From: a virus
Taxonomy: Duplodnaviria > Caudoviricetes
IMG/VR virus record: IMGVR_UViG_3300038312_000391
Span: 1 to 47,469 of that record
Length of the DNA stretch: 47,469 bases
Direction: 5' to 3' (one strand)
Below the pieces are notes generated by a model. That model was given only the letters and a program-made list of their open reading frames with translations, did not search any database and was not told the DNA's origin. Position numbers and translations under genes: made by a program. Shown here in pieces: positions 26,362 through 34,812 of the stretch. Position 1 is the stretch's first letter. Every line of letters begins with the position of its first letter.

Positions 26362-26705
26362 TCTTTTATCCTTATATATGCCATGCCGTCCGGCGGCATC
26401 GGTTCGCGTTTTGTCACTATGAGTCGGTGAACTTGGGAATCGTCTTCGTACAGCCCTGCGTGAGTAAACGCGTCCAGCAGACACTTTTGACTGTTGTCGA
26501 TGTCCCGTCTCCGTCTGTCCGGCGGATACAATTCGATGGAAAGTTCCACCGGACAGCGGAAGATCTGGACGTTTTCCGAACGGAACCGCGAGACGATCAT
26601 TTCGCGGTATTTCCGTCCGTCCCGGCTGATGAGGACTTTCGATCCTACATGCCGGTAGTAATGATTCACGCTTGGAGGCCAGGGCAGTTCAAATTCCTGT
26701 GTCAC
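26307..26705 (-). CDS. rusA: RusA family Holliday junction resolvase (copy 1)
   Basis: LPWPPSVNHYY, PPDRRRRDIDN..K.LLD and DDSQV motifs; GTG start overlaps the upstream TGA. Confidence 0.92.
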   Translation of the reverse strand: MTQEFELPWPPSVNHYYRHVGSKVLISRDGRKYREMIVSRFRSENVQIFRCPVELSIELYPPDRRRRDIDNSQKCLLDAFTHAGLYEDDSQVHRLIVTKREPMPPDGMAYIRIKEWTGDKTTDAAVKSCRSS

Positions 26706-27160
26706 TTTTTCGCCCATGGCGGAGCGGCATTCGCGGTTGCCTGCGGAGGCGGTGTCGCAGCTGCAAAGGTCGCTTTCGGCGCATAACTTTTGATTTCGTT
26801 GGTCATTTCATCGTCTTGATTTTTCTTGCAGCGGACGGTGATGACCAGCGGCAGATTATGCAGTTCAAGCGAGTCCCTCGGCGTCAGCACGTTGACCGCG
26901 CGGCAGATGGCCGAGAGATCGGCACGGGCCATGCGGACGGCATCCGGGTTCGGATTCTCAAGATTGAGACGCGCCCAGAGCTTGCGGTTCTTGAACTCGC
27001 CGTCGATGATTTCAAATTCCAGCTGGAGATAGCGCCCCGTACCGGAACGGGTGTCTTTCATCTCGGAATCGGAAATGACAGCGTTGTATTTGCCTGCCGG
27101 GATGACATCGAATCCGGCGCTCGGCTCGACTTCGGTTGCGTTAAAATTCAGTGTGGACAT
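26702..27160 (-). CDS. DUF669 family putative single-stranded DNA-binding protein (copy 1)
   Basis: IPAGKY.AVI...YLQLEFEII.G...RKLW...NEIK and PPW tail; follows the AAA ATPase. Confidence 0.82.
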   Translation of the reverse strand: MSTLNFNATEVEPSAGFDVIPAGKYNAVISDSEMKDTRSGTGRYLQLEFEIIDGEFKNRKLWARLNLENPNPDAVRMARADLSAICRAVNVLTPRDSLELHNLPLVITVRCKKNQDDEMTNEIKSYAPKATFAAATPPPQATANAAPPWAKK

Positions 27161-27176
27161 GATGGTTGCCTTTCTG

Positions 27177-27395
27177 TTATGCCAGCACAAAAACGTGCTG
27201 TTTAGTGATGATGGGGTGTCTGGGATTTCTGTTGGTCACGACCGCCGGAGCGGACGGGCAGCGAAGGTGTTCGAAGAAAACGAGAAACGGCATGAAATCA
27301 TCCCGTATCATCCGGCACTGCGTCCCTTTCTGGATACGCCGTCCGCAGAGATCACAGGTCAGATGACGATGCGCCGTGATTATTTTTTCGGACAT
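27177..27395 (-). CDS. Small Cys/His zinc-finger-like protein (copy 1)
   Basis: CDLCG...EHLRCP; homologous to 45296..45511. Confidence 0.62.
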   Translation of the reverse strand: MSEKIITAHRHLTCDLCGRRIQKGTQCRMIRDDFMPFLVFFEHLRCPSAPAVVTNRNPRHPIITKQHVFVLA

Positions 27396-27520
27396 TTTTT
27401 CACCTCGTAGACTTTGCGCTCCTTGAACTCCTCCTGTTTCCCTTTATTCCAGTTGGAAACCGGGCGGAAGTATCCGCAGACACGGCTGAACACTTCGCAG
27501 ACTGCGCCGCATTTACTCAT
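27380..27520 (-). CDS. Stand-alone NrdD C-terminal glycyl-radical-loop microprotein (copy 1, 46 aa)
   Basis: CEVFSRVCGYFRPVSNWNKGKQEEF; GAGGAG RBS; conserved at 45492..45635. Confidence 0.82.
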   Translation of the reverse strand: MSKCGAVCEVFSRVCGYFRPVSNWNKGKQEEFKERKVYEVKKCPKK

Positions 27521-28289
27521 GATGGTTCTCCTCAATTTTTTGATAGGCGTCGATGAATGCCTGCCACGAGAGCGGAATTTCTGATGGCAGACCGTAACGG
27601 TTCTTGGCGATGCACGCAGGACTCCCTTCAAATCGGATAACTCTTTCTCCTCCGTCTGCGCCAATGGGGGCAACGATTCCGCGTTCTGAACTGAATTTTC
27701 CACTCTCTTTCTGTACACGAAACTTTTTCCAAACAAATCCGACAGCATCGGCCCATTCGATAATAAGCCCGCAAGCGTTTTTATTCAGTCTTGGCGTATG
27801 GCGGTCATATGCCATTGTTTCCGGGTCTTCAACGTGTTCGATTTTTGCATGGGCAACAAGAATAATTATCATGTTGCGTTTATCACGAATCTCATCCAGC
27901 AGCGAAATGAGGGATCGCATTTTTTTGAGAGCCAGCGATGCTCCCGTTCCATATTGACCAGGAACGCGTTCGATACTCTGAACGTCATATTCACGACAAA
28001 CTTCTTCATGAATAATTCGTTCCAGCCAGTCGACGCTGTCTACTACAACCGTTTGAAAATCATGAGGCTCATCGCGAAGTGCAATTAGTTCGTTCATGAC
28101 CTCCGAGAGGCGATGTGCCAACGGAAATCTTTTACAACCGATTGACCCAAGCCCATCCTCCGTCTGCACAAAAATGGCGTTGGGCGCGGATGCTCCGAAC
28201 GTGGATTTGCCCACGCCTTCGCTCCCGTAAATCATGATTCTCGGCGGCTTGTTTTCCCGCCCCGTCTGAATGTTTTCAAGCATTCCCAT
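27513..28289 (-). CDS. AAA_24/Sak4-like ATPase (copy 1)
   Basis: IYGSEGVGKST, TEDG, VVVDSVDWLE, LVAH and AKNR motifs; start 28289 by comparison with copy 2. Confidence 0.88.
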   Translation of the reverse strand: MGMLENIQTGRENKPPRIMIYGSEGVGKSTFGASAPNAIFVQTEDGLGSIGCKRFPLAHRLSEVMNELIALRDEPHDFQTVVVDSVDWLERIIHEEVCREYDVQSIERVPGQYGTGASLALKKMRSLISLLDEIRDKRNMIIILVAHAKIEHVEDPETMAYDRHTPRLNKNACGLIIEWADAVGFVWKKFRVQKESGKFSSERGIVAPIGADGGERVIRFEGSPACIAKNRYGLPSEIPLSWQAFIDAYQKIEENHHE

Positions 28290-28308
28290 GGTGATAAAAT
28301 CCTTTCGG

Positions 28309-29115
28309 TTAAAGTGTGTCGATGATTCGGGTATCTTCATAACCGGTCGGCCATACGCCGCTGATGCAGCAGTTCCGATAGCGTTCCAGCGCCGCCTTGT
28401 TGGTCAATTCCGCGAGGTCAAGTACCTCGTCGGTGAGCTTCCAAACGCCAGTCGCAAACGGCTCGTTCTTTTCCACAGCGATGATATGCACGGGAACATT
28501 GCGCCCGGTGGCCTTGCGAATAACCGCCCGGTAAAACGCCATCTGATAGAGGTAGCCGAACCGGCGGCAGTCGGATTCAAACCACTTCAGCGAATCGCAG
28601 GTCTTCAAATCGACCAGCCCAATTTTCTCGCTGAACCAGTCCATGCGGATCTGGCAGGGGACAGCGCAATACTCAGCGCGGATGACTCCCTCCGCCACAC
28701 CATCGGAAAGCAGTTCCGAGGCGACCGGATGAAGCCAGACGCTGGTCTGCAATTTCATGATGAAGTTGTAATCCTTACCTGAAACGACCTCGCGTTCCTG
28801 CGTCGCTTTCCATTCGGCATAGGCCTTTGTCGATTTACCGAACGGCTCTCCGGTGCGGGGATTCGTCGGCCCGTCCGTCACGACGAACTGGCTGTCGAAT
28901 TCGGGGCGTCCCTCAAGGATCAGGCAGTGTGACGCCCTCCCGATTGCGAATGCCGGTGATTCGGATTCCTCGATCTGCCCAAGGATCTCCTTGCGGTAGA
29001 GTGCCGGACTTTCCCGAAAATCCGCCAGCATGTGCGAGGACATGCAGCGTCCCGCTTTTGATTCGGCGTGATACTGTTCCGCCGGTTCTCTGATGATAAA
29101 GTCAATGGTTTTCAT
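28309..29115 (-). CDS. RecE/exonuclease VIII-like PD-(D/E)XK nuclease, DUF3799-like (copy 1)
   Basis: IGRASHCLILE, RMDW...VDLKT, Y.YQMAFY and IAVEK.EP motifs. Confidence 0.88.
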   Translation of the reverse strand: MKTIDFIIREPAEQYHAESKAGRCMSSHMLADFRESPALYRKEILGQIEESESPAFAIGRASHCLILEGRPEFDSQFVVTDGPTNPRTGEPFGKSTKAYAEWKATQEREVVSGKDYNFIMKLQTSVWLHPVASELLSDGVAEGVIRAEYCAVPCQIRMDWFSEKIGLVDLKTCDSLKWFESDCRRFGYLYQMAFYRAVIRKATGRNVPVHIIAVEKNEPFATGVWKLTDEVLDLAELTNKAALERYRNCCISGVWPTGYEDTRIIDTL

Positions 29116-29152
29116 TTGTGTTCCTTTGTGTTTGACGGTTTTTCCTGTCTGT

Positions 29153-29186
29153 CCTATTTCTTTGCCAAAAACAGGAAAAACCGTCG
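29153..29186 (-). promoter_or_regulatory. 34-bp conserved motif copy B
   Basis: Same consensus as 12861 and 32274; 38 bp upstream of the RecE-like start; overlapped by a 15-bp inverted repeat. Confidence 0.75.
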
Positions 29187-29202
29187 CTGTTTCAAAACTT
29201 TT

Positions 29203-29775
29203 TTAGAGTTTTATTCCACTCCGGACAAAAATCTCCCGAATTTTTTTCATGCGCCAAATACGGATGGTGGCATCGGGAATACCGAGGATTTCTCCGATTT
29301 GCTCGAAGGTGTGGCCGTCCATGATAAGTTCGCAAATCCGCCGGAGGTCATCCGGGAGACTCGCCACCACGACCCGAATGTCCATGTACAGGATTTTTTT
29401 GTCGGAATCGTCAATCATCGGCGTGATGACGGTCGATTTTTCTTTTTCCTCGTCACGGACGCAGTCTTCAATCGGAAGACAGGGCGTGTCGTTGTGTTTG
29501 CGGATTCTCTGGCGATAAATGTTTTTCGCCGTCAAATCCACGGCTTTGTTCAGATAGGCCGATCCGGTAGCCGATTTGCCGTTCGCATCAAGAAGAGTCT
29601 TTGCCCGGCATACGGCTATGGACATTTCCTGAATGAGGTCGCAGCGGTCGGCCTCGACCAGATTTGATTTTCCGATCATGGTGTCGGCCACATAATAGAT
29701 GTGATCCATGACGGAGGCCGGAATTTCGGGGACGGGCTTGAGCGTTTCGCTCGCGGATTTTTTTTTGTTTGCCAT
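29203..29775 (-). CDS. Sigma-70/ECF-like RNA polymerase sigma factor or sigma-region-4 regulator
   Basis: DLIQE region-2-like motif; SLPDDLRRICEL.MDGHTFEQIGEILGIPDATI region-4 HTH; AGGAG RBS before ATG 29775. Confidence 0.75.
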   Translation of the reverse strand: MANKKKSASETLKPVPEIPASVMDHIYYVADTMIGKSNLVEADRCDLIQEMSIAVCRAKTLLDANGKSATGSAYLNKAVDLTAKNIYRQRIRKHNDTPCLPIEDCVRDEEKEKSTVITPMIDDSDKKILYMDIRVVVASLPDDLRRICELIMDGHTFEQIGEILGIPDATIRIWRMKKIREIFVRSGIKL

Positions 29776-29933
29776 TTTTCGCAAACTCCTATGAGTTGAA
29801 CCGGAGCGGAATTGCTTCGGCAACCCACGGCGCTTTTTGCGCGAAAGTGGCTGCGGATTATGAAAAAAAATATTTTGAGGCGAAAGTTCTTCATTTTTTG
29901 CATTCTGTTTTTGCACGAAAACGGCATAAATGC

Positions 29934-29968
29934 AAAAAAGCCCGACTCGGCATCAATCCGAATCGGGC
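29934..29968 (-). terminator. Intrinsic terminator after the recombinase operon
   Basis: Minus strand GCCCGATTCGG-7 nt-CCGAGTCGGGC followed by T6. Confidence 0.78.
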
Positions 29969-29990
29969 TATATGGAAGGGATACTATGTG

Positions 29991-30380
29991 TCAGTTCAGC
30001 AGCATCTGCTCCTGTTCGTCCCAGTTGAGGGGCAGCTTTTTAAGAAGTTTTGTCAGAGACAGTCCGTTCGGAGCCGTTCCGTTGATGAAGAGACGGACAA
30101 TTCGCGGTGACAGCTGGTTTAGCCGGAGTATTCGTGCGACATACGACTGGCCGATCTTCAGTTTTTTTGCAATTTCTCCGGACGTTGCGCAATGACCGCT
30201 GTCCAGCAGTTCCTGCCAGTATCCGGCACGGGCGAAAGCGTTTAGAACCGCCTCGTCGCGGCTGGGAGCGGTGTTTTCGTCCTCCGGAGTGATAATCCGT
30301 TTTCTGCCGGAAAATGTCCGCAAACTCATGGGAACCGTTATCTGAATGTTCCCGTCATCGGTCAATTCAATCGTTGGCAC
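29991..30380 (-). CDS. Recombinase-associated HTH protein
   Basis: GRKRII...ARA..WQELLDSG...EIA...SYVARILRLNQLSP...LP..W.EQ; overlaps the recombinase 3' end. Confidence 0.72.
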   Translation of the reverse strand: MPTIELTDDGNIQITVPMSLRTFSGRKRIITPEDENTAPSRDEAVLNAFARAGYWQELLDSGHCATSGEIAKKLKIGQSYVARILRLNQLSPRIVRLFINGTAPNGLSLTKLLKKLPLNWDEQEQMLLN

Positions 30381-31647
30381 TTTGCACCTCCTTGATGAGA
30401 CCGCGCATTCCGGCGGTCTTGATTTTTATTGTTATTCCCGTTTCAAGGACGGTCACGCTCTCCACCAGTAAGTGAAGCAGCCTGTCGCGTTCGGCAGGGA
30501 ACAGGTCATCCCAAAATCCTCCGATGTTGCCGAGAGCGTTGCGCACTTCCGCGATTGTCGTGCGCAACTGTGTTGCCACCATTGAGATAAATGTCGGCGT
30601 GTAGAAGAGCATCCCCAGCTGCGTCACCACCGCTTTTTCCACATCACCTGCCGGAATTGTTTTTACGGGGCAGGTATGAATATCGCGTTTGGAATCCTTC
30701 AGACACATGTAGTAGTTGTACTGCCTGCCGCGGCGCATCGAATAGGTCGGTCCCATAGCCCCGTCGCAGTGACCGCACCGGATCAGTCCTTTGAGCGGCG
30801 AATATCTTTCTTTCGCCGGTCTGCCTCTCGGCACGGGCGCGTTGGTTTTCAGAATCTCCTGTGCGGAATCCCAGAGTGTCCGGTCGACCAGCGCCTCGTG
30901 TTCTCCCGGGTAAACGCCGCCTTTATAGGCGACTTCCCCGATGTATGTGCGGTTGTTTAAGATTCTGTATATATGGGATGCCGTCCAATCCTTGCCCTGC
31001 CGGGTTTTTATGCCGCGAATATTCAGCAGATGGGCGACATCGCGCGCGGATTTTTTCTCCACGAAGGTTTCAAACATCAGCCGGATATATTCCGAACTCT
31101 TTTCATCGGGCAGAAGGTGACGGTCTTTCACAAAGTATCCGAACGGAATTGAGCCGCCCACCCATTGTCCGCGTTTGCGGCTGGCCGACATTTTGTCACG
31201 GATTCGCTCGGCGATAATTTCCCGTTCATATTGCGCGAACGTCATGAGAATGTTCAGCATCATTCTGCCGGACGAAGTGCTGGTGTTGATTTCCTGCGTC
31301 ACCGACACGAAGGATACGCCCCATTCGTCGAATTTTTTACTCAGTTCGGCAAAATCGCAGATTGAGCGCGACAGCCGGTCAAGTTTATAGATAACGATAA
31401 TGTCCACCAGACCGTTGGCTGCATCGTCCAGCAACTTTTTCAGTGCCGGACGCTCAAGGTTGCCGCCGGAGAAGCCTCCGTCATCGTAGCGCTCCGGCAA
31501 ACATATCCAGCCGTTGGCACTTTGACTTGCCACATAATTTTCCGCCGCCAGCCGTTGCGCGTCAAGCGAGTTGAATTCCATATCCAGCCCTTCTTCCACG
31601 CTCTTCCGAGTGTAGATGGCGCAGCGTTTTTTCTGTGTATTCGCCAT
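30367..31647 (-). CDS. Large serine recombinase (integrase)
   Basis: AIYTRKS, DDGGFSG...RPAL, YKLDRLSRS motifs; recombinase domain; zinc ribbon CGHC...YYMC; AAGGA RBS before ATG 31647. Confidence 0.94.
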   Translation of the reverse strand: MANTQKKRCAIYTRKSVEEGLDMEFNSLDAQRLAAENYVASQSANGWICLPERYDDGGFSGGNLERPALKKLLDDAANGLVDIIVIYKLDRLSRSICDFAELSKKFDEWGVSFVSVTQEINTSTSSGRMMLNILMTFAQYEREIIAERIRDKMSASRKRGQWVGGSIPFGYFVKDRHLLPDEKSSEYIRLMFETFVEKKSARDVAHLLNIRGIKTRQGKDWTASHIYRILNNRTYIGEVAYKGGVYPGEHEALVDRTLWDSAQEILKTNAPVPRGRPAKERYSPLKGLIRCGHCDGAMGPTYSMRRGRQYNYYMCLKDSKRDIHTCPVKTIPAGDVEKAVVTQLGMLFYTPTFISMVATQLRTTIAEVRNALGNIGGFWDDLFPAERDRLLHLLVESVTVLETGITIKIKTAGMRGLIKEVQSAND

Positions 31648-31649
31648 TG

Positions 31650-32087
31650 TCAATTCCTTATTCCGAAGAATTTTTTGCCGTTCCATTTCGTTCCCGTGAT
31701 TACCTGCGTAATAGCGGTGAGGGAGCGATAGGTGCATCCGGCGTATTCATAAGTGCCTTGCCCGGTGGCAACCACCTCATAGACTTTGCCGTGCCATTCC
31801 CGGCTGAAGCGCGTTCCCCTTGGAATCATTCCGGGCGGCAGTTTCACATTGTCGAGATTGGCAAGCGGATCGCGTCGGGCTATCTGTTCCAGCGACTCCT
31901 TTTCCTCCTTGGAGAGTCCGCCGTAGTAGACTTCCTGTATTCTATAGGCCAGCCGTCTCCGCAGCGACTGCACCGAAGTCAGCTTCGTTTCATAACCGTA
32001 CAGTTCCGCATATTTCTCCTGAAGTTCCTTCACGTCCATCTGGCTCAGGACTGCCAGCTGGCGCGTCACTATTTTGACATCCGGCAT
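31650..32087 (-). CDS. DUF2924 domain protein
   Basis: LRRRLAYRIQE..YGGL...GTRFSREWHG...SLTAI...ITGTKWNG..FFG signature; upstream of the recombinase. Confidence 0.9.
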   Translation of the reverse strand: MPDVKIVTRQLAVLSQMDVKELQEKYAELYGYETKLTSVQSLRRRLAYRIQEVYYGGLSKEEKESLEQIARRDPLANLDNVKLPPGMIPRGTRFSREWHGKVYEVVATGQGTYEYAGCTYRSLTAITQVITGTKWNGKKFFGIRN

Positions 32088-32241
32088 TGTAACCTCCTGT
32101 TGGTGATTGGTTTATTGTACTGTTACTTAAGCGTGGGTTTGCCGGTATAGCCAGAGCAGTTTCGAACTTTCTTTGCAGGGCATCCGCCACGATTCGCGCG
32201 GCTTCCCAAATGTTGTCGGGAACGGTTTTCGGTTTTTGCAT
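31990..32241 (-). CDS. Small hypothetical protein, first gene after motif copy C
   Basis: AGGAGG RBS and helical N-terminus (EAARIVADALQR); 3' end overlaps the DUF2924 gene by 98 bp. Confidence 0.4.
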   Translation of the reverse strand: MQKPKTVPDNIWEAARIVADALQRKFETALAIPANPRLSNSTINQSPTGGYNAGCQNSDAPAGSPEPDGREGTSGEICGTVRL

Positions 32242-32273
32242 AGAGCCTCCTGTGGGGTGTAACCTTGTCCATC

Positions 32274-32307
32274 CCTATTTCTTTGCCAAAAATGCGAAAA
32301 ACCGTCG
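32274..32307 (-). promoter_or_regulatory. 34-bp conserved motif copy C
   Basis: Same consensus; heads the DUF2924-recombinase operon, back to back with the repressor promoter. Confidence 0.75.
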
Positions 32308-32336
32308 CTCTTCCCAAAATATTTTATGATTCCGGC

Positions 32337-32373
32337 TTGACTTTTATGACAGGTGTAAGTATAGTAGTTTACA
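32337..32373 (+). promoter_or_regulatory. Sigma70-like promoter of the XRE gene with TGTAA-N10-TTACA operator
   Basis: TTGACT (32337)-17 bp-TATAGT (32360); palindrome at 32354-32373 covers the -10. Confidence 0.68.
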
Positions 32374-32409
32374 GAATAAAAAATAAACCAGATGGAAACG
32401 GAGATACTT

Positions 32410-32823
32410 ATGCCCGGCGGAAGCAAAATATTCGGCGATTATATAAAAGACCTGCGCAATAAGAAAAAGGAACACGACGATTCCTTTTCCGTTCGCGGCC
32501 TTGCCGACAAGATCGGTCTCAGCGCCACCTACGTCAGCAAAATCGAGCGAGGCGAGCTTCCCGCCTCGGACGAAGCCGTTTACCGCCTGGCCAAAGCGCT
32601 TGAAGTGACGCCGGACGAACTTTTTGCCCAGGCTGGTAAAATTGATCCCAATCTGGAAAAACAAATTGCGGCACACGCTGCTCCGGTGAAAATGGCGGCG
32701 TTTCTGCGTACCGCCAGCGGACTCTCCCAAGAGCGTCTGGACATGTATCAGCGTATGATTGACGCTGCGGAGGGGAATGCGCCAAAGCCGGACAAAGGGG
32801 AAGAAGATGTCGAGAAAATATGA
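32410..32823 (+). CDS. XRE family HTH transcriptional regulator (ImmR-like repressor)
   Basis: FGDYIKDLR...SVRGLADKIGLSATYVSKIERGE; GGAG RBS before ATG 32410. Confidence 0.92.
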   Translation: MPGGSKIFGDYIKDLRNKKKEHDDSFSVRGLADKIGLSATYVSKIERGELPASDEAVYRLAKALEVTPDELFAQAGKIDPNLEKQIAAHAAPVKMAAFLRTASGLSQERLDMYQRMIDAAEGNAPKPDKGEEDVEKI

Positions 32824-33526
32824 CGAACGGCATCGGATGCCAAACAAACTCATTGAAGGACTTGCCGACGGGGTGACTTCTCAGTATTTGCAGAAATACC
32901 CTTATCGCGCGCATTCCGTGCCTGTATCTCCGGAAAAAATAATGGACTGCCTTTGGGATTTTTACGTCGAAACGGAAGATTTGCAATCCGAGTACGGCAC
33001 GGGAACCCATGGCGCTCTTTTTATTTATGACGGTGAACGCAGAGTCGCCATTGATAAATCAATCGATCCCAAAGTGAACCCCAGGATGCTGGGGCGTTAT
33101 AATTTCAGCGTTGCGCACGAAGCCGGACATTGGGTCATTCATGCGCCCGATATGCTGGCCGATGAAAACGCGCCTTTACTCCTTGGCGAAAAAGGGAAAC
33201 CGACTATTTTGTGCCGTTCCTCAAACCGGGACGAACGCGAACGGCAAGCCGACCGCTTCGCCGGATATCTATTGATGCCGCGCGACCTCGTGTACGAGGC
33301 ATGGCGTGCGAAATATGGGGATAACTCAAAAGCCCCGAACGTATTTGAGGAACTTCAAGAGTTGCGCGAACGGTTTCATCTGCCGCCAGACAGCCGAAAG
33401 GTCTTCTGCCAAATCGCGCATGATTTCGCCGCCACGTTTGCCGTGTCTCCGGAGGCCATGCAGATTCGGCTTTCCGAACTCGGGTTAATCAAGTTGGAGG
33501 AGGACAATCAGATGGATTTGTTTTAA
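32807..33526 (+). CDS. ImmA/IrrE family metallo-endopeptidase
   Basis: RYNFSVAHEAGHW (HExxH), ERQADRFAGYLLMP and FAVSPEAMQIRL motifs; overlaps the XRE gene. Confidence 0.92.
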   Translation: MSRKYDERHRMPNKLIEGLADGVTSQYLQKYPYRAHSVPVSPEKIMDCLWDFYVETEDLQSEYGTGTHGALFIYDGERRVAIDKSIDPKVNPRMLGRYNFSVAHEAGHWVIHAPDMLADENAPLLLGEKGKPTILCRSSNRDERERQADRFAGYLLMPRDLVYEAWRAKYGDNSKAPNVFEELQELRERFHLPPDSRKVFCQIAHDFAATFAVSPEAMQIRLSELGLIKLEEDNQMDLF

Positions 33527-33569
33527 GGCGCGGACTTCACGGTCCGCAGGGGACTTTTTGTCTCAATGC

Positions 33570-33598
33570 TGTAACCTGCAAACTTTACACGGTATAAT
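33570..33598 (+). promoter_or_regulatory. Second TGTAA-N10-TTACA operator plus TATAAT -10 box
   Basis: TGTAACCTGCAAACTTTACA at 33570-33589; TATAAT at 33593-33598; upstream of 33631. Confidence 0.6.
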
Positions 33599-33630
33599 AT
33601 TAATCACACAACGAGAAAGGACTTATTACC

Positions 33631-34812
33631 ATGTGCGACAGTTTCTCTCCTAAAAAAGCAGTCAACAGATTCATGCCGAAACTGTTTTCCCAGTTCTTTG
33701 AACAGAATCTCGTTCAACTCAATGTTGACTGGAACGCAAACACGCCCAAGCGGCGCTACAACACCAACGTATTTCTTGCCTACCTTGCATTGGATGACAA
33801 TGTCAAGGCAAGGATCGAACCGATCCTTTATGAAATCCATACCGTTGCGGCGAATATCGGCACGGGCGAAAACATCCATCGGCTTCTTCAGCAGGAGGGC
33901 GTTACGCTTCCTCCGGATATGGTCGAACAGACCATCCAAAACCAGACGTTGTGGGTCTATCTTTACGCAAAAAATGTTTGGGACCGGATATCCCGTTTCG
34001 CTTATGCGGACAAGGTCGCAAACTCGCTATGGTTTTCCACCGGCATAGAACCCGATGGCGACGAGCCGCCGATTCCCGACAATGAGAACCCGGATACGGA
34101 ACTTCTCGCACATGAGGTTGGGGAACGGCTGAAAATGCGCGACGGTCGCGGAAGATATGCCCAGGCGGAATATTTTCTGCGCAATGGCGTAGACGAATAC
34201 TATTTCGTTTTTCTTGACGATTACAATAAGCACAAGACCGAGTGTCGCGAGGGGCATTTTGTTCACGACGCCGTCAATTACGACTCGGTCGAGGTAGTTT
34301 TTGTCTTTCATCGCGATACCCGGCAGTTGGAGGCACGGCTTCTCAGCGGCAATCGACAGGAGAAGATGGATTTTTGCGACATCTGGGCGAAGTGCGTCAA
34401 AAACTGCCATGCTGCGGGGATGAGTGTCAGCAAGCCGACATATATGGTCGACCGGATATTCGAACCGGACTTTCAGTTTACCGGCGATAACGAAGGAAAA
34501 ATGGTCTCGGCCCGCATCCTGCGGCTCTGCATGTCGGTTCTCGGCTGTCCGGGCAGTCGGCGCGTCTATGAGGAAAAGAACGGCGACATCAATGAAAAAA
34601 TGGAGCAGGAAATCAACCAGAAAGCTCTTCCGAAAAAGAACCGAATCATCGAATATGTTGTCATCCAGTATCAGCTTGCCGATGAATTCGGACGCTCGAA
34701 ATCCCAGCAGCTCAAAGTGTCCCGTGACGGCAACGACATCCTTGACAAGAATCCGGCGGTGCAGAATATCCTGCGCGAATCTCTGGTGAGGTGGCAGATT
34801 GCGGCGGCTTGA
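33631..34812 (+). CDS. Hypothetical protein (393 aa)
   Basis: Long ORF, AAGGA RBS, globular composition; no recognised domain. Confidence 0.8.
   Translation: MCDSFSPKKAVNRFMPKLFSQFFEQNLVQLNVDWNANTPKRRYNTNVFLAYLALDDNVKARIEPILYEIHTVAANIGTGENIHRLLQQEGVTLPPDMVEQTIQNQTLWVYLYAKNVWDRISRFAYADKVANSLWFSTGIEPDGDEPPIPDNENPDTELLAHEVGERLKMRDGRGRYAQAEYFLRNGVDEYYFVFLDDYNKHKTECREGHFVHDAVNYDSVEVVFVFHRDTRQLEARLLSGNRQEKMDFCDIWAKCVKNCHAAGMSVSKPTYMVDRIFEPDFQFTGDNEGKMVSARILRLCMSVLGCPGSRRVYEEKNGDINEKMEQEINQKALPKKNRIIEYVVIQYQLADEFGRSKSQQLKVSRDGNDILDKNPAVQNILRESLVRWQIAAA

Noticed and set aside
27521-27748. Long N-terminal extensions of the mini-NrdD ORFs (also 45636..45914)
   Set aside because: They overlap the ATPase out of frame, show no NrdD-like features and differ in length between copies; a frameshifted full nrdD is not present.
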